From assembly GCA_903915225.1 (NCBI GenBank), contig CAIWSB010000089.1:5835-69834 (forward strand): a stretch of DNA of 64,000 nucleotides, in the 5' to 3' direction. The notes under the pieces were generated by a model. The model made no database searches. It saw nothing but the letters and a program-made list of their open reading frames with translations, and was not told the origin of the DNA. Numbering within the stretch: the stretch's first letter is position 1; every line of letters begins with the position of its first letter. A program made the position numbers and the translations under genes. Positions 19,694 to 30,025 of the stretch are shown here, in pieces. This DNA is from an uncultured Candidatus Woesearchaeota archaeon. GTDB taxonomy: Archaea > Nanobdellota > Nanobdellia > Woesearchaeales > B29-G15.

Positions 19694-21261
19694 CTACTCA
19701 ACCAACATGCCCCACGGGCCAAATGGCCATTAGGGCAAATGAAGAAAAGACAGTTAATGAAAAGACATATTATATTCCAAAAGCTTTGAAGGAAGATCTT
19801 GAGACAGTTATTGCCACATTGTCTGATATTGATAAATTTGGCAAGGAAATGGGTCACAGAAATATCCTTCTGACAGGCCCGCCTGGGACAGGTAAAACAC
19901 TGGGCGCAAGATTTATCGCATACAAGACCGGCTTTGTTTACTATGACGGCAAGAAGCTCTCTTCTGCCTTTGACATAATCAAGGTTTTTGATGAGCTCAG
20001 AAAGCAGGTTAAGGAAGGCAAAAAGGCAATCCTGATGCTTGATGAAATCGATAGGTTCTCTAGCAGGGAAGAGAGCAACGACCCGGGCCAGGTGCAGATG
20101 CTCAACCAGCTTCTGGCAGAGCTGGATGGAGTGGAATCCAACAACGGCATATTTGTCATAGGAATGACCAACATGCCAAACAGGATTGACCCTGCGCTGC
20201 GAAGGCCGGGACGATTCGGCAAGGAGATTGAGTTCATGCCCCCTGATGAGCAGGGTAGGCTTGAGATTCTCAAGATCCATGCAAATGGCAAGGGTGGCCA
20301 TCAGTTCAAGTTTGACCCAAAAGATGTTGAATATTTGGCTTCTGTCACATATGGATATACAGGCGGTGACCTGCGCGGCCTGCTGGATGAGGCCATGGCA
20401 CGCGCCAACCTCAGAAACTCCCTAAATGTAAAGAGGGAAGATTTGGACTTTGCCAAAGTAAGGATTAAGCCTTCTGCAATAAGGGATATGCCATTCAAGG
20501 AACCAAAGATTACAGTTGATGATATTGGTGGGTATGCCCTACATAAGGACTTGCTTGGGCAAATAGTAAGCAGCAAGCAGGGCGGGAACATTTTGTTCTA
20601 CGGACCTCCTGGAGTTGGCAAGACCACATTTGCAGAAGCGCTGGCCAAGCAGTATGGGCTTAACCTCATTGTTGTCAGCGGTTCTGCACCATTGGACAAG
20701 TATGTTGGTGAAACCGGGAAGAAACTCGAGAAATACTTCGACAGGGCCAGGCAGCTCGCGCCGTGCGTGCTGCTTTTTGACGGCTTTGACGCACTGATTG
20801 AGCGCCGAGGATTTGTTTCATGGGCCTCAGATTGGACAGGGCTGATTGAATCTAAGCTAAGTTCACCCATGGATGGGGTTTATGTCATTGCCACAACAGA
20901 AAAGCCAGAGCTCATCGGGCCAACACTGCTGGAGAAGTTCAGGCACAGGGTTTACTTCCCAATGCCACAGGCGGAAGAGGTCGCTGAGATTTGGGCAAGA
21001 TACCTTCCCGATGGCATTAGCCCAGAGACTATCAAGGATGCCAACCCACGGCTCAATGGTCTTGATATTGCCAGGGTCATGGGCATGATTAAGGATTTCG
21101 GCATCGAACCTACTACAGAAATCCTGACACAACTTGTGACAGGCATAGAGCACGCAACAGACCTAGAACAGCCTTCGCTCACTTTCCGGGATGCCAATGG
21201 GGATTCCATACAAGATTACCGAAAGATTAAAGCCTTGCTAGGAGGGCAAAATGGCGCTTGA
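19690..21261 (+). CDS. Tandem AAA+ ATPase (two AAA domains, CDC48-like, no N-domain).
   Basis: Walker A GPPGTGKT and Walker B LMLDEIDRF, then a second GPPGVGKT and LLFDGFDAL. SRH-like GMTNMPNRIDPALRRPGRF. It overlaps the upstream gene by 4 nt (ATGA). Confidence 0.8.
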   Translation: MTTQPTCPTGQMAIRANEEKTVNEKTYYIPKALKEDLETVIATLSDIDKFGKEMGHRNILLTGPPGTGKTLGARFIAYKTGFVYYDGKKLSSAFDIIKVFDELRKQVKEGKKAILMLDEIDRFSSREESNDPGQVQMLNQLLAELDGVESNNGIFVIGMTNMPNRIDPALRRPGRFGKEIEFMPPDEQGRLEILKIHANGKGGHQFKFDPKDVEYLASVTYGYTGGDLRGLLDEAMARANLRNSLNVKREDLDFAKVRIKPSAIRDMPFKEPKITVDDIGGYALHKDLLGQIVSSKQGGNILFYGPPGVGKTTFAEALAKQYGLNLIVVSGSAPLDKYVGETGKKLEKYFDRARQLAPCVLLFDGFDALIERRGFVSWASDWTGLIESKLSSPMDGVYVIATTEKPELIGPTLLEKFRHRVYFPMPQAEEVAEIWARYLPDGISPETIKDANPRLNGLDIARVMGMIKDFGIEPTTEILTQLVTGIEHATDLEQPSLTFRDANGDSIQDYRKIKALLGGQNGA

Positions 21262-22252
21262 ACAGCTTACAGAAAGGAAGGTTGCGTTCAGGAGTGTTGC
21301 ACCAACATATATACTTGAGCTCTTGGCCAAGGGCCAGAAGTTCGTGCCATTCCAAGGCCAAATTGACCCTAATAGCCTGCCACCTGGATACACAATAATG
21401 GAGATGCAGTACAAAGGCACTACTTTCAAAGCCATTGTCCCGCAGACACTCCTGTATTTCATGGCAAATCCTGGCGAGGGTAACGCTGATGGGGCTCTTG
21501 ACGAGCTGGCTGAATTCTACCGCGAGATTGAGGGCGTTGAGAACAGCGCAATTGCAAATGGTGAGACAAACCTCCAATTGGGCAAGTTCGGGCAATGGGC
21601 CAGGGAATCCTACGGAACGTATCTAATCAATAAAATAATTAGAATTAGGGGAGGCCAGGATGAGGAAGGCCAACCGCTAAGCGAGCTGGATCCAAAGGTA
21701 ATGGAAAGGCTTGGGCTTAACGACCCTTATGTTCTTGAAAGGATTAAAGCAATTGCAGCTGTTAGGCTCGGCAAGCGCTCGGACCAGGTTCAGGCGCACG
21801 ATGTCGGAGCCCTGCTGAAACATGTGACAGTCAGGGGCACTGGAAAAACAGAGCAATTGAGCAGGCCTGAGCTTGAGAGGGTTGCCTGCCACTGCGGGAG
21901 CCACTACGAGCTCAAGGCAGAGTTTAGGAATGACCCAAATTACTCATATCATGTTGTTGGCTACCAAGGCTCTAGAACTGAGAAAAAAATTGAGATATCA
22001 ACATTTGACCCCAAGGTTAGCCTGCTGGAGAAGGAGATTGTTGACCACGTGAAGGAGAAGAACGGCGGTAAGTTAGGTCCGCATGATGTTCAGATGCTAA
22101 GGACAGTCACAAACCTGCGCTACATTGCCCCTGAGAACCCGCGGGCACAGTTAAGCACAACTCCTCACGCCACACCTGCTGCTGAAAATGAGTTGACAAT
22201 CTACAAAGTGGAAGAGGGGACACCGAAACCAGATGAAGTCAAGAAGGTGTAA
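21251..22252 (+). CDS. Hypothetical protein (333 aa), co-operonic.
   Basis: It overlaps the AAA gene end by 11 nt and is 5 nt from the next gene. I recognise no motif. Confidence 0.5.
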   Translation: MALEQLTERKVAFRSVAPTYILELLAKGQKFVPFQGQIDPNSLPPGYTIMEMQYKGTTFKAIVPQTLLYFMANPGEGNADGALDELAEFYREIEGVENSAIANGETNLQLGKFGQWARESYGTYLINKIIRIRGGQDEEGQPLSELDPKVMERLGLNDPYVLERIKAIAAVRLGKRSDQVQAHDVGALLKHVTVRGTGKTEQLSRPELERVACHCGSHYELKAEFRNDPNYSYHVVGYQGSRTEKKIEISTFDPKVSLLEKEIVDHVKEKNGGKLGPHDVQMLRTVTNLRYIAPENPRAQLSTTPHATPAAENELTIYKVEEGTPKPDEVKKV

Positions 22253-22257
22253 AACCA

Positions 22258-23870
22258 ATGCCGCTGCAAACCATTGCTGGAGAGGACAAGCAGCATGCTG
22301 AGCTGCTACGCCTACTCCAAGCTATGGGGGAAATAAGGCGCGGGGAAGAAACTGGAAACCCCAATCTGGAGAAAAGGGATAAATACCTTGGCCTGAGCCA
22401 GGAATTTGGCGAGCTTCTGGACAGCATGCCTGACATTAAGGTATCTGTTAAGTATCTTGTTCAGCGTGCTGAAAATGGAGAGGGAGCAGAGTATGACCCA
22501 TATTTTATTGAAGCCTGGGAACAGATTTACCCGGATTTTATTAATGTGCTCGAGAATCTGACTATCCAGCTAATGGGCGATGACCTTGCGGGTTTCAAGA
22601 GCACACACCACATTTGGAACGCGATAAAATATCTATCAACAGAAGGCAAGCCCTTGAAAGACAGCCTAAAAGTTTATGACACAATTCTCCCTGTTCAGCC
22701 ATCGCTTGATCTCAAGGGATTCACAGTCACGGGAATTGAACCAAGTGATGGTATCCTCACATTAGGGCGTGAACCGGATAAATTAGAAGATATAGTAAAG
22801 AGGGCTTCCCAAATCGGATTCAAACGCTTGAGGACCGAAATTGACCTAAACAATCCTACGGATTCTCAATCTGCTGTGCTGACGAATTACAGGAGAAAAG
22901 ATATCACACCGAATAAGGGTGTGGCTGCAAAGAAAAATAAGAAAGGCCTTTTCGAAAGGATATACAATCCTGTCACGGCGATCCCTTTAAATTTTATAAT
23001 TGGGGGGTTACCAGCTAAAATTCAGGTATGGATTAGTGAAAAATATAAGAAGAAAGGGCTAGAGATTAACTCAGATGTGTGTAGTGGATACAATTGGATG
23101 GGGGAAACTGTGATGAGTGCCATTGCAGCTGTGGTTTGCCCCTTAACATTAGGGTTATGGACGGTTGGCCCAACTGCAGGATATTTTGGGTATTCAATAA
23201 TAAGATTTATTTGGTCGGCTGTTAAAGATACAAGACAATTGGAAATGCTCTCTGGAAAATCCCTCTTCTGCCAGTTGAATTGGCAATACGTAATAAAGAA
23301 AATCCAAAAAAAGGAGCTAAAAAACCAGAGAACTGGGCCCTGATGGAGATTGAATTGGGGTCTGTTAGAAACGTAAATAGGGGCTTTGCCCAAATATATG
23401 AGCCAGTTTCAGAAAACCTCCACCCTTCGATGAGGAGATTGGCTGAGGTTCAATTGGATCAAAAGCAAGAGGATAACCTTGTGTATTCTCCAAAGAACCA
23501 CAACTACCAGGGAAGCCTATTCCGGGATGCCTTGCAGGTTCAAGGGAGTGGGGCTGTAGTGTTAAGGGAATTGGATAAATGCGACCTCTACAGGGATCTC
23601 AGTGCAATCACATTCTACAAAGTCATGACCGAACACAAATACAGTAAGACATCTGCATTGGTGTGCTACCAAAACAGGCGTTATGCAATCACCTTGGTAA
23701 CACCAAATGAATTTGAGCCAAAGGAGCTCCCAAAGCTATTGGCAGACACATCTAAGCCAATTGAAGAAAGAGTTGAGGGGCTTGCGAAATCATCAAGAGC
23801 ATTATACGCCCACGTGACCCAATTTGAAAAATGCCAGAAGACAGCAGACCTGGTCTGGAGGCAGGGCTAA
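22258..23870 (+). pseudogene. Frameshifted copy P1 of the tandem paralogue family, as two ORFs 22258-23343 and 23280-23870.
   Basis: The N-terminal ORF aligns with the N-terminal 360 aa of P2 and the C-terminal ORF with the C-terminal 190 aa of P2. They sit in different frames with a -1 shift near 23275-23285, which is not a homopolymer tract. Confidence 0.55.
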
Positions 23871-23871
23871 G

Positions 23872-25467
23872 ATGGCAATCCAGAAAATAACCGGAGAGGA
23901 CAAGCAGCATGCCCAGCTTTTGCAATTACTGGATGCAATAGAAAACATCAGAATAGCTGAGCAAAACGGAGAGGGTTCACCAAAGCAGAGGGATACGTAC
24001 CTTGGCATGAGCCAGGAACTTGGAGAGCTGCTGACAAGTATGCCCCAAATTAAAAGCCAGCTCAATAATCTTAAGGCTCTTTTTGAGAAAGGCGAAGGAA
24101 AGAGCTACGACCCATATTTTGGAGATGTATTCCGAAAGACAAGCCCTGAAATTACCACCGGGCTTGAGAGCCTCACAATCCAACTCTTGGGAGATGACCT
24201 GGCTGGATTTGAAGACACCCACCATATGTGGAATGCAGTTAAATATCTCACATCAACTGGCAAACCAAAGGCAGAGGTGCTGAAGATATTTGATCAGATT
24301 GTGCCAATGCAGCCCTCACGCAGTTACAAGGGGCTGGATGTGGATGGCAAAGAGCCAACTGAGGAAATTCTATTTGTCGGGCGACCGCCTAAAGAGTTTT
24401 TGAGTTTAGCAGCAAGGGTTGGGAATGCTGGGTTTAAGACCCTTCGGGCAGAAATCGATATGAATCATCTTACTGAAGAAGAAAGAGCTATGTTCTCTAA
24501 GTGTAAAAACTTGAGGGTTCCTGCGCAAGGGGAAGATAAAAATAAATCTCGCGTAATCAGGTTTTTGGACCGGGTTTACAACCCTGCCACCAGAATTCCA
24601 ATACATTTTGTTGTAGGGGGGCTGCCAAAAAAGGTTCAGAAATGGGCAGTAGATCAGCTCAATCTTGCTGCAAAAAACAATTATATTTATGAGGAGGATA
24701 CAACATTAGCCAATATAATTGGGGAAGGTGTATTAAGTGCAGGTGCTGCTGTCGCATGTGGGCTGACTTTAGGGCCTTTAACATGCATCCCTGGAGCGGT
24801 ATATTTTGCTTACACTGGCTTTAAGGGACTTGTTCAATTTATACAAGAATCGGATGCTTCTGACCGCCTTATCTGCGGAAACCTGTTCTGGAAGCTACCA
24901 CTCCTGCCATTTGAATTGAAAATTCGCAGGGAGGAAAAGGAAGGAAAAAGTAAAGCCAAGGAAGATTGGGCGCTCATTGATTTTAAGCTAGAGGGTTATT
25001 ATCGAAAGGTAAGCAAACAGGACAAGCACAACTTCCATCCTGTGTTGGACAGCCTCGGAGCAATAACAGTTGATGCCACAGTTGAGGAAAACCTAGTCCA
25101 TACACCAAGCAACCACAACTCGCAGGGTTACAATTTCAGGGAAGCTCTCTTAGCAAAAACCCCACAGTTAGAGCAATGCGTGCTCAACAGGGAATATGAC
25201 GCAGTGACCTCATTTAATGTCTTGCCTGTGGACAATTACTCAAAAATTTCTGCCTTGGTGTGCTTCAAAGGTCAGCGCTATGCCATAACAATGGTTACGC
25301 CCGGGGAATTCAGGCCTCAAGAGTTGTCGGCACTGCTTGCTGATTCAACAAAGCCGATAGGAAAGAGGCTAGAAGGAATTGCTAAGAATTCAGGCGCAAT
25401 ATACGCTCACATTACTCAGTTCACCAGCTGCCAGAAGACAGCTGATTTAGTTTGGAGGAAGGATTAA
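23872..25467 (+). CDS. Paralogue P2 of the novel family (uncharacterised, ~530 aa, central hydrophobic segment).
   Basis: Shared motifs: LTIQLLGDDLAGFEDTHHMWNAVKYL, VGGLPKKVQ, a hydrophobic stretch, NHNSQGYNFREAL, SALVCFKGQRYAITMVTPGEF, YAHITQF..QKTADLVWR. I take the start at MAIQKITGEDKQHA (23872), 48 nt downstream of the ORF-track start at 23824. Confidence 0.65.
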   Translation: MAIQKITGEDKQHAQLLQLLDAIENIRIAEQNGEGSPKQRDTYLGMSQELGELLTSMPQIKSQLNNLKALFEKGEGKSYDPYFGDVFRKTSPEITTGLESLTIQLLGDDLAGFEDTHHMWNAVKYLTSTGKPKAEVLKIFDQIVPMQPSRSYKGLDVDGKEPTEEILFVGRPPKEFLSLAARVGNAGFKTLRAEIDMNHLTEEERAMFSKCKNLRVPAQGEDKNKSRVIRFLDRVYNPATRIPIHFVVGGLPKKVQKWAVDQLNLAAKNNYIYEEDTTLANIIGEGVLSAGAAVACGLTLGPLTCIPGAVYFAYTGFKGLVQFIQESDASDRLICGNLFWKLPLLPFELKIRREEKEGKSKAKEDWALIDFKLEGYYRKVSKQDKHNFHPVLDSLGAITVDATVEENLVHTPSNHNSQGYNFREALLAKTPQLEQCVLNREYDAVTSFNVLPVDNYSKISALVCFKGQRYAITMVTPGEFRPQELSALLADSTKPIGKRLEGIAKNSGAIYAHITQFTSCQKTADLVWRKD

Positions 25468-25468
25468 C

Positions 25469-26665
25469 ATGGATAACTTAGGAAATTATGTTACTATTGA
25501 ACTCACTGACAAGGACGTGCAGGTGCACATTGACAGCATTGTCAAATCTATGGAGGCCATACGCCAGGATGCCCTCACAGAGCGGGGCTTCAGCCAGGAT
25601 CAGGCTGATGATTACGTGCACCTGGCAACCAGGCTTGCATCAGCCATGGAAGGCTTGGCAAACGAACAGTTGGGCAAGAAAGTCAGGAGCCAGATTACAA
25701 TTGCCAACAGCAACCCCAAGCTGGTACTCTTTGACAGCCTCCAATCAGATTACTGGGGCAAAAAGAACAAGGAATTTTTACGAGGGCTTGCCCAGATTAC
25801 TGTCCAGTTCATGGGTGATGATTTCCGCGGCTTGGGCGACACGCACCATTTCTGGAACGCAATAAAATACCTGGGATGCGTTGGGCTCCCATCGGAGCAG
25901 CGCTCTGTTGTGCTTTCAACAATTGTTCCTTTCCATACCCCTGATGGCCTAAAGCCAAAAATCAAGAAGGGCAAGGGCGACGGGCTAACTGTGGTTGTGC
26001 CAAAGGCAGGCGCACTACCTGATGCAGTTGATGCTGCCAAGAATTACGGCTTTACTGCTGTGAGATTTAAAGCAAATCATCGAGAGCTGGCAGAGATAAA
26101 GAAGCAATATCCATCTATTAATTTAGTTGGAGTTGAGAACCAGACCGCAAACGACGCAGATGTAATTGCCGAGGTTAGGGTTGCCAGCATTGGGGAAAAT
26201 GTCAAGCACAATTACCATGCCAAAATTTGTGAAATTGCAGAGCTCCAGCTGCCTGATGCAGCTGAACAGAACCTGACTTGGAGCATGAGGAACCATAACA
26301 CCCAAGGAAAGGATTTTGAGAAGGCAATAAGAGCACTTTTGGAGAAGGGCATTGAGTACCGGTCCCATCTAAACAGGGAGTGCAATGCATTATCATTATT
26401 CAACAGGACCGAGTTTGGGCCTTGGCAGAAGGTCTCTGTTGTGGTGTGCTTCCCAGGGCAAAGGTATGCTTTGACTTATGTATCTCCAAGAGAGACTTCA
26501 CTGCCAGATTTCCAGCCAATAAGCACTATCCTTGCTGCAAGTGAAAAACCGCTTGAAAGGAGAATCGATGAAGAGCTTGCAACTGCATTAAACGCAGAAT
26601 ATGCCCACATAGGCCACTATGTAAAAGGTGCCCTGGCAGGGGACTGGATTTACAGGAGGGACTAG
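25469..26665 (+). CDS. Paralogue P3 (short form, lacks the central hydrophobic segment).
   Basis: QFMGDDFRGLGDTHHFWNAIKYL, NHNTQGKDFEKAI, VVCFPGQRYALTYVSP, YAHIGHY. Confidence 0.65.
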   Translation: MDNLGNYVTIELTDKDVQVHIDSIVKSMEAIRQDALTERGFSQDQADDYVHLATRLASAMEGLANEQLGKKVRSQITIANSNPKLVLFDSLQSDYWGKKNKEFLRGLAQITVQFMGDDFRGLGDTHHFWNAIKYLGCVGLPSEQRSVVLSTIVPFHTPDGLKPKIKKGKGDGLTVVVPKAGALPDAVDAAKNYGFTAVRFKANHRELAEIKKQYPSINLVGVENQTANDADVIAEVRVASIGENVKHNYHAKICEIAELQLPDAAEQNLTWSMRNHNTQGKDFEKAIRALLEKGIEYRSHLNRECNALSLFNRTEFGPWQKVSVVVCFPGQRYALTYVSPRETSLPDFQPISTILAASEKPLERRIDEELATALNAEYAHIGHYVKGALAGDWIYRRD

Positions 26666-26685
26666 GAGAAGCGCTTTGAGGCGAT

Positions 26686-28332
26686 TTGATGCAAAAGATA
26701 GACCTGATACAAGCCAACGGGGAATTGCTCTCCTCAAGGGAAGAGCTTGGTGATATTATCACCAGGATGGAGAACTTAAGGACTAATTTTAAGGATAAGG
26801 ATGAGCAAAAAAACCAGTACCTTGTGCTGGCCGGGCAGGCTGGCGAACTTATCCAGAAGATTTCTGGTCTGGAGGCAAGATTAGACCGGCTAATCAAAAA
26901 AGCTGAGAGAGATTTTACTACCAGGGGCTATGACTCATCCAGAGATAAGCTTTGGTATGCTGCTGAACCTGGTTTCATGAAAGATCTCGAGATGGCGACA
27001 GTCCAGTTGCTGGGGGATTCCTACCGCGGAACAATAGATAGGCACCACATCTGGAGTGCCGTGAAAGTCCTGGCCGGCCAAAACCTCCAAAGGCGTGAAA
27101 TGATTGAGCTTTATGACACAATCCTGCCAAGAAATTCGCAATATTTCATTGTAACCGGAAACCTCAGGAAATTGTTTGGGCTGCCTAGGAGATCCACAAT
27201 AAAGGGAGGCGTGCTGGAAATAGACTGGGGGGTCAAGGATATTGATGAGATTGTAAAAAAGGCTGGGAAAATGGGTTTAGAAAAGGCGGGGTTTTGGTTT
27301 GACGACGTTAAACAGTTGTATAACCCTCAAATTCCAGGCATCATAGTAAAAGTCCAATCCAAAGGCTTGCCCGTGTCAGATATAAGGCTGCTAAAGGGCT
27401 TGTTCAAACAGAAATGGCTAACATACCCCTTTCTTGGTGCCCTCCCTAAGAAAATCCAATCTACAATTGCAAATTACTTAAACAATAATGATATGAGAAA
27501 ATTGTACTCACCAAGTGCTGCTTCGCAGTGGAGCCTCGGTATTGAGGCCGTTGGGCTAACTGCTGCCGGAATTACATTAGCTGTCACTGTAAGCCCTTGG
27601 CTTGCATTCCTAATTGGAGGAGGCTTAGTGGGAGGGTTGTTTATACGTGGCCCATTGCTTGGTCTAGGAGGTTGCAACGATTATCTGCAAAGTAGAAACA
27701 AGAACGACTCCGATGACTGGGGCCACTGCAGCTACTGCTTCCGCAAGCAGGCTGACAAACCATTAGGGAGCGGCTTCCTTAAGCCATTTTTCTGGCCAGT
27801 CGAAAAATTAGTCGAATCCAATAGGTCACCAAATGCAATGGGAAACCCCCGCTGGGCTGTTGCTGAGATTCCCCAGAAAGCTCAGGCAACCCAGTACCTC
27901 AACAATTACCACAGCACACTTTGCAAGATGGCAGGAACTCTTTTTGAACCAAGCCTTGAGCAGGATCTTGTGCTAAGGCCAGAGAACCACCACAATGCGG
28001 GGAAGGCGTTTGAGGCTGCGCTGAGAGCTTTGCCTGACTTCCCAAAGACTGCTTTAAGACTTTCTGAAAGGAGCAGAGAATACAACGGGATGGCGGTTTA
28101 CGAAGAAGAAATTGGAACAGAGCAAAGCAAGCTCTCTGCCTTTGTCTGCTTCGCCAACGAAAGGTATGTTGTCACAGTTGTTAAGCGAGGGAATACTGGT
28201 GTTGATAGTATTATTCAATCACTCTCTGCTGGAGATACAAGAGGGCTAACAAATGCAGTGAATGCAGATTATTTGCACCTCACACATTTCAAGGAAGGAA
28301 AGAAGGTTGAGGATTTTGTGTATCTGAGGTAA
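26686..28332 (+). CDS. Paralogue P4.
   Basis: VQLLGDSYRGTIDRHHIWSAVKVL, LGALPKKIQ, a long hydrophobic segment, ENHHNAGKAFEAAL, SAFVCFANERYVVTVV, YLHLTHF. Confidence 0.65.
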   Translation: MMQKIDLIQANGELLSSREELGDIITRMENLRTNFKDKDEQKNQYLVLAGQAGELIQKISGLEARLDRLIKKAERDFTTRGYDSSRDKLWYAAEPGFMKDLEMATVQLLGDSYRGTIDRHHIWSAVKVLAGQNLQRREMIELYDTILPRNSQYFIVTGNLRKLFGLPRRSTIKGGVLEIDWGVKDIDEIVKKAGKMGLEKAGFWFDDVKQLYNPQIPGIIVKVQSKGLPVSDIRLLKGLFKQKWLTYPFLGALPKKIQSTIANYLNNNDMRKLYSPSAASQWSLGIEAVGLTAAGITLAVTVSPWLAFLIGGGLVGGLFIRGPLLGLGGCNDYLQSRNKNDSDDWGHCSYCFRKQADKPLGSGFLKPFFWPVEKLVESNRSPNAMGNPRWAVAEIPQKAQATQYLNNYHSTLCKMAGTLFEPSLEQDLVLRPENHHNAGKAFEAALRALPDFPKTALRLSERSREYNGMAVYEEEIGTEQSKLSAFVCFANERYVVTVVKRGNTGVDSIIQSLSAGDTRGLTNAVNADYLHLTHFKEGKKVEDFVYLR

Positions 28333-28336
28333 CAAG

Positions 28337-30025
28337 ATGAAGCGACAAGTTGTCACAAAGGCACCGCCGAAAACAGGCGCAAGCCATGATTTGATCAAGC
28401 TACTTGACTCAATGCAAGCGCTAAGGGAACAGCAGCGCATCTCAAAGCTGGACTCAATTAAACTCGATGATTACCTTGTGGCAGCTGGTGAGCTGGGTGC
28501 TTACCTTGAGCAGTATGAAGGGAGCGACTTTAAAAAAATTGCCACAGCTATCGCAGGAAATGCCAACCTCAGGTTTTATGATGCAGATAGGGACTTGGCA
28601 TGGAGGGTAATTGAGCCCGAGATGTTAGAGCTTCTAGATGGAATAATTGTGAAAGCCATGGGGGACGACTTCCGCGGGCTGGAAGACAAGCACCACTTCA
28701 TGAATGCTGCAAAATGCGTAATGTGCAAAGACTGGGAGCTGGAAAAAAGGATTGAAGTCTATGACACTGTACTCCCTGTTGTGGATTCAAGTCAAGCACT
28801 TAACATTGCAAATAATATTGGCCAAATTAGCGGAGACACTCTAAAGATTAATTTAGACGCCAAGGATTTGGATACAAGGATAAAGCAGGCAAAAGATGCG
28901 GGGTTCAGCAAAGTTGTAATCAGATTTGATTATACTAAGGATAAGGAGAAGATAATAAAATTAAAGAGAATTTATAACGGAACAATTACTGATGTAGCGC
29001 AACCAAGCGGACCAAATAAGAATACAATTTTTAAAAACCGCCTGTTAGGGGTGCCTGCATTCCTGCTTGTAGGCGGTCTGCCAGCCTCGTTGCAGAAAAG
29101 GATTCAAAACGCGTTTACTATGAGAGGTTATAGCTCATTTAATAGTGAGTCGACAACAGCCGCTAACGCACTATTAGAAGGAGCAGCTTCTTTCTCCCTT
29201 GGTTTTTGGGCATTGCACCTTGGCCCAATTGTTTACGTGCCACTATTCGCATACTTTGGATTAGCAGCAATACCCCGAATTGCAAGTTTGATGAAAAATT
29301 CAGACATAGCTGTAAAAGACAAGAATGTTTTTGGCAAGGCAAAAGCCAGACCAATAGGGTCGCTAATTGCCAAGATTCCGCTTTATCCTGCGGAACAAAT
29401 ACTCAATCTAGCGTGCGGGAAGGTCAATTATTACCCAAAAGAATACACAATTAACTTTAACCAAGCTACACCATTGGGTGCCTTTGATAATCGTTTCATG
29501 AGATTAGCCCGAGCTCAAGCAACAACTGCCGCTCAGAAAGCGCTCCCTGAAAAGCCTCAGTTAAAAATCCCTCCGGCACCCAATTATCATCCACTTATGG
29601 ATAAGGCAGCATTAATTGCAGTTAACGCTGAGGCTGAGGAGAGCCTGCGATATAGGGTTACGGCACACCACAGCCAGGGTAACCTGTTCCGAGATGCAAT
29701 GAACCCTAAAGGATTGGAAGGGTTTGGAAGATACCTGGATAAGCCCAGAAACTCGCTCACATTTTTCTCGACTTCAGAGCAACAACCTTACAGAAAGTTC
29801 TCAGCATTGGTTTGTTTCTCAGGGGAACGCTATTCAATCACTCTTATCGGTAAGAATCAAATTGCAGCGCAGGCAATCTCCGAGAAGCTATCTGATGGCA
29901 AAAAGCCTCTTGATGCCAGGCTAAAAGAGATTGCGGAATTGGCCGAAGCTGATTACGCACACCTCACTTATTACAAACAGGGACAGAAAGCAGAGGATCT
30001 GATCTGCAGGGGGGTTGCTGCATGA
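28337..30025 (+). CDS. Paralogue P5.
   Basis: KAMGDDFRGLEDKHHFMNAAKC, VGGLPASLQKRIQ, a hydrophobic segment, AHHSQGNLFRDAM, SALVCFSGERYSITLIG, YAHLTYY. Confidence 0.65.
   Translation: MKRQVVTKAPPKTGASHDLIKLLDSMQALREQQRISKLDSIKLDDYLVAAGELGAYLEQYEGSDFKKIATAIAGNANLRFYDADRDLAWRVIEPEMLELLDGIIVKAMGDDFRGLEDKHHFMNAAKCVMCKDWELEKRIEVYDTVLPVVDSSQALNIANNIGQISGDTLKINLDAKDLDTRIKQAKDAGFSKVVIRFDYTKDKEKIIKLKRIYNGTITDVAQPSGPNKNTIFKNRLLGVPAFLLVGGLPASLQKRIQNAFTMRGYSSFNSESTTAANALLEGAASFSLGFWALHLGPIVYVPLFAYFGLAAIPRIASLMKNSDIAVKDKNVFGKAKARPIGSLIAKIPLYPAEQILNLACGKVNYYPKEYTINFNQATPLGAFDNRFMRLARAQATTAAQKALPEKPQLKIPPAPNYHPLMDKAALIAVNAEAEESLRYRVTAHHSQGNLFRDAMNPKGLEGFGRYLDKPRNSLTFFSTSEQQPYRKFSALVCFSGERYSITLIGKNQIAAQAISEKLSDGKKPLDARLKEIAELAEADYAHLTYYKQGQKAEDLICRGVAA

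Noticed and set aside
22258-23870. Programmed ribosomal frameshifting for the split first paralogue.
   Set aside because: There is no slippery heptamer or downstream structure at the shift site, and a small deletion accompanies it. A pseudogene or assembly indel is more parsimonious.
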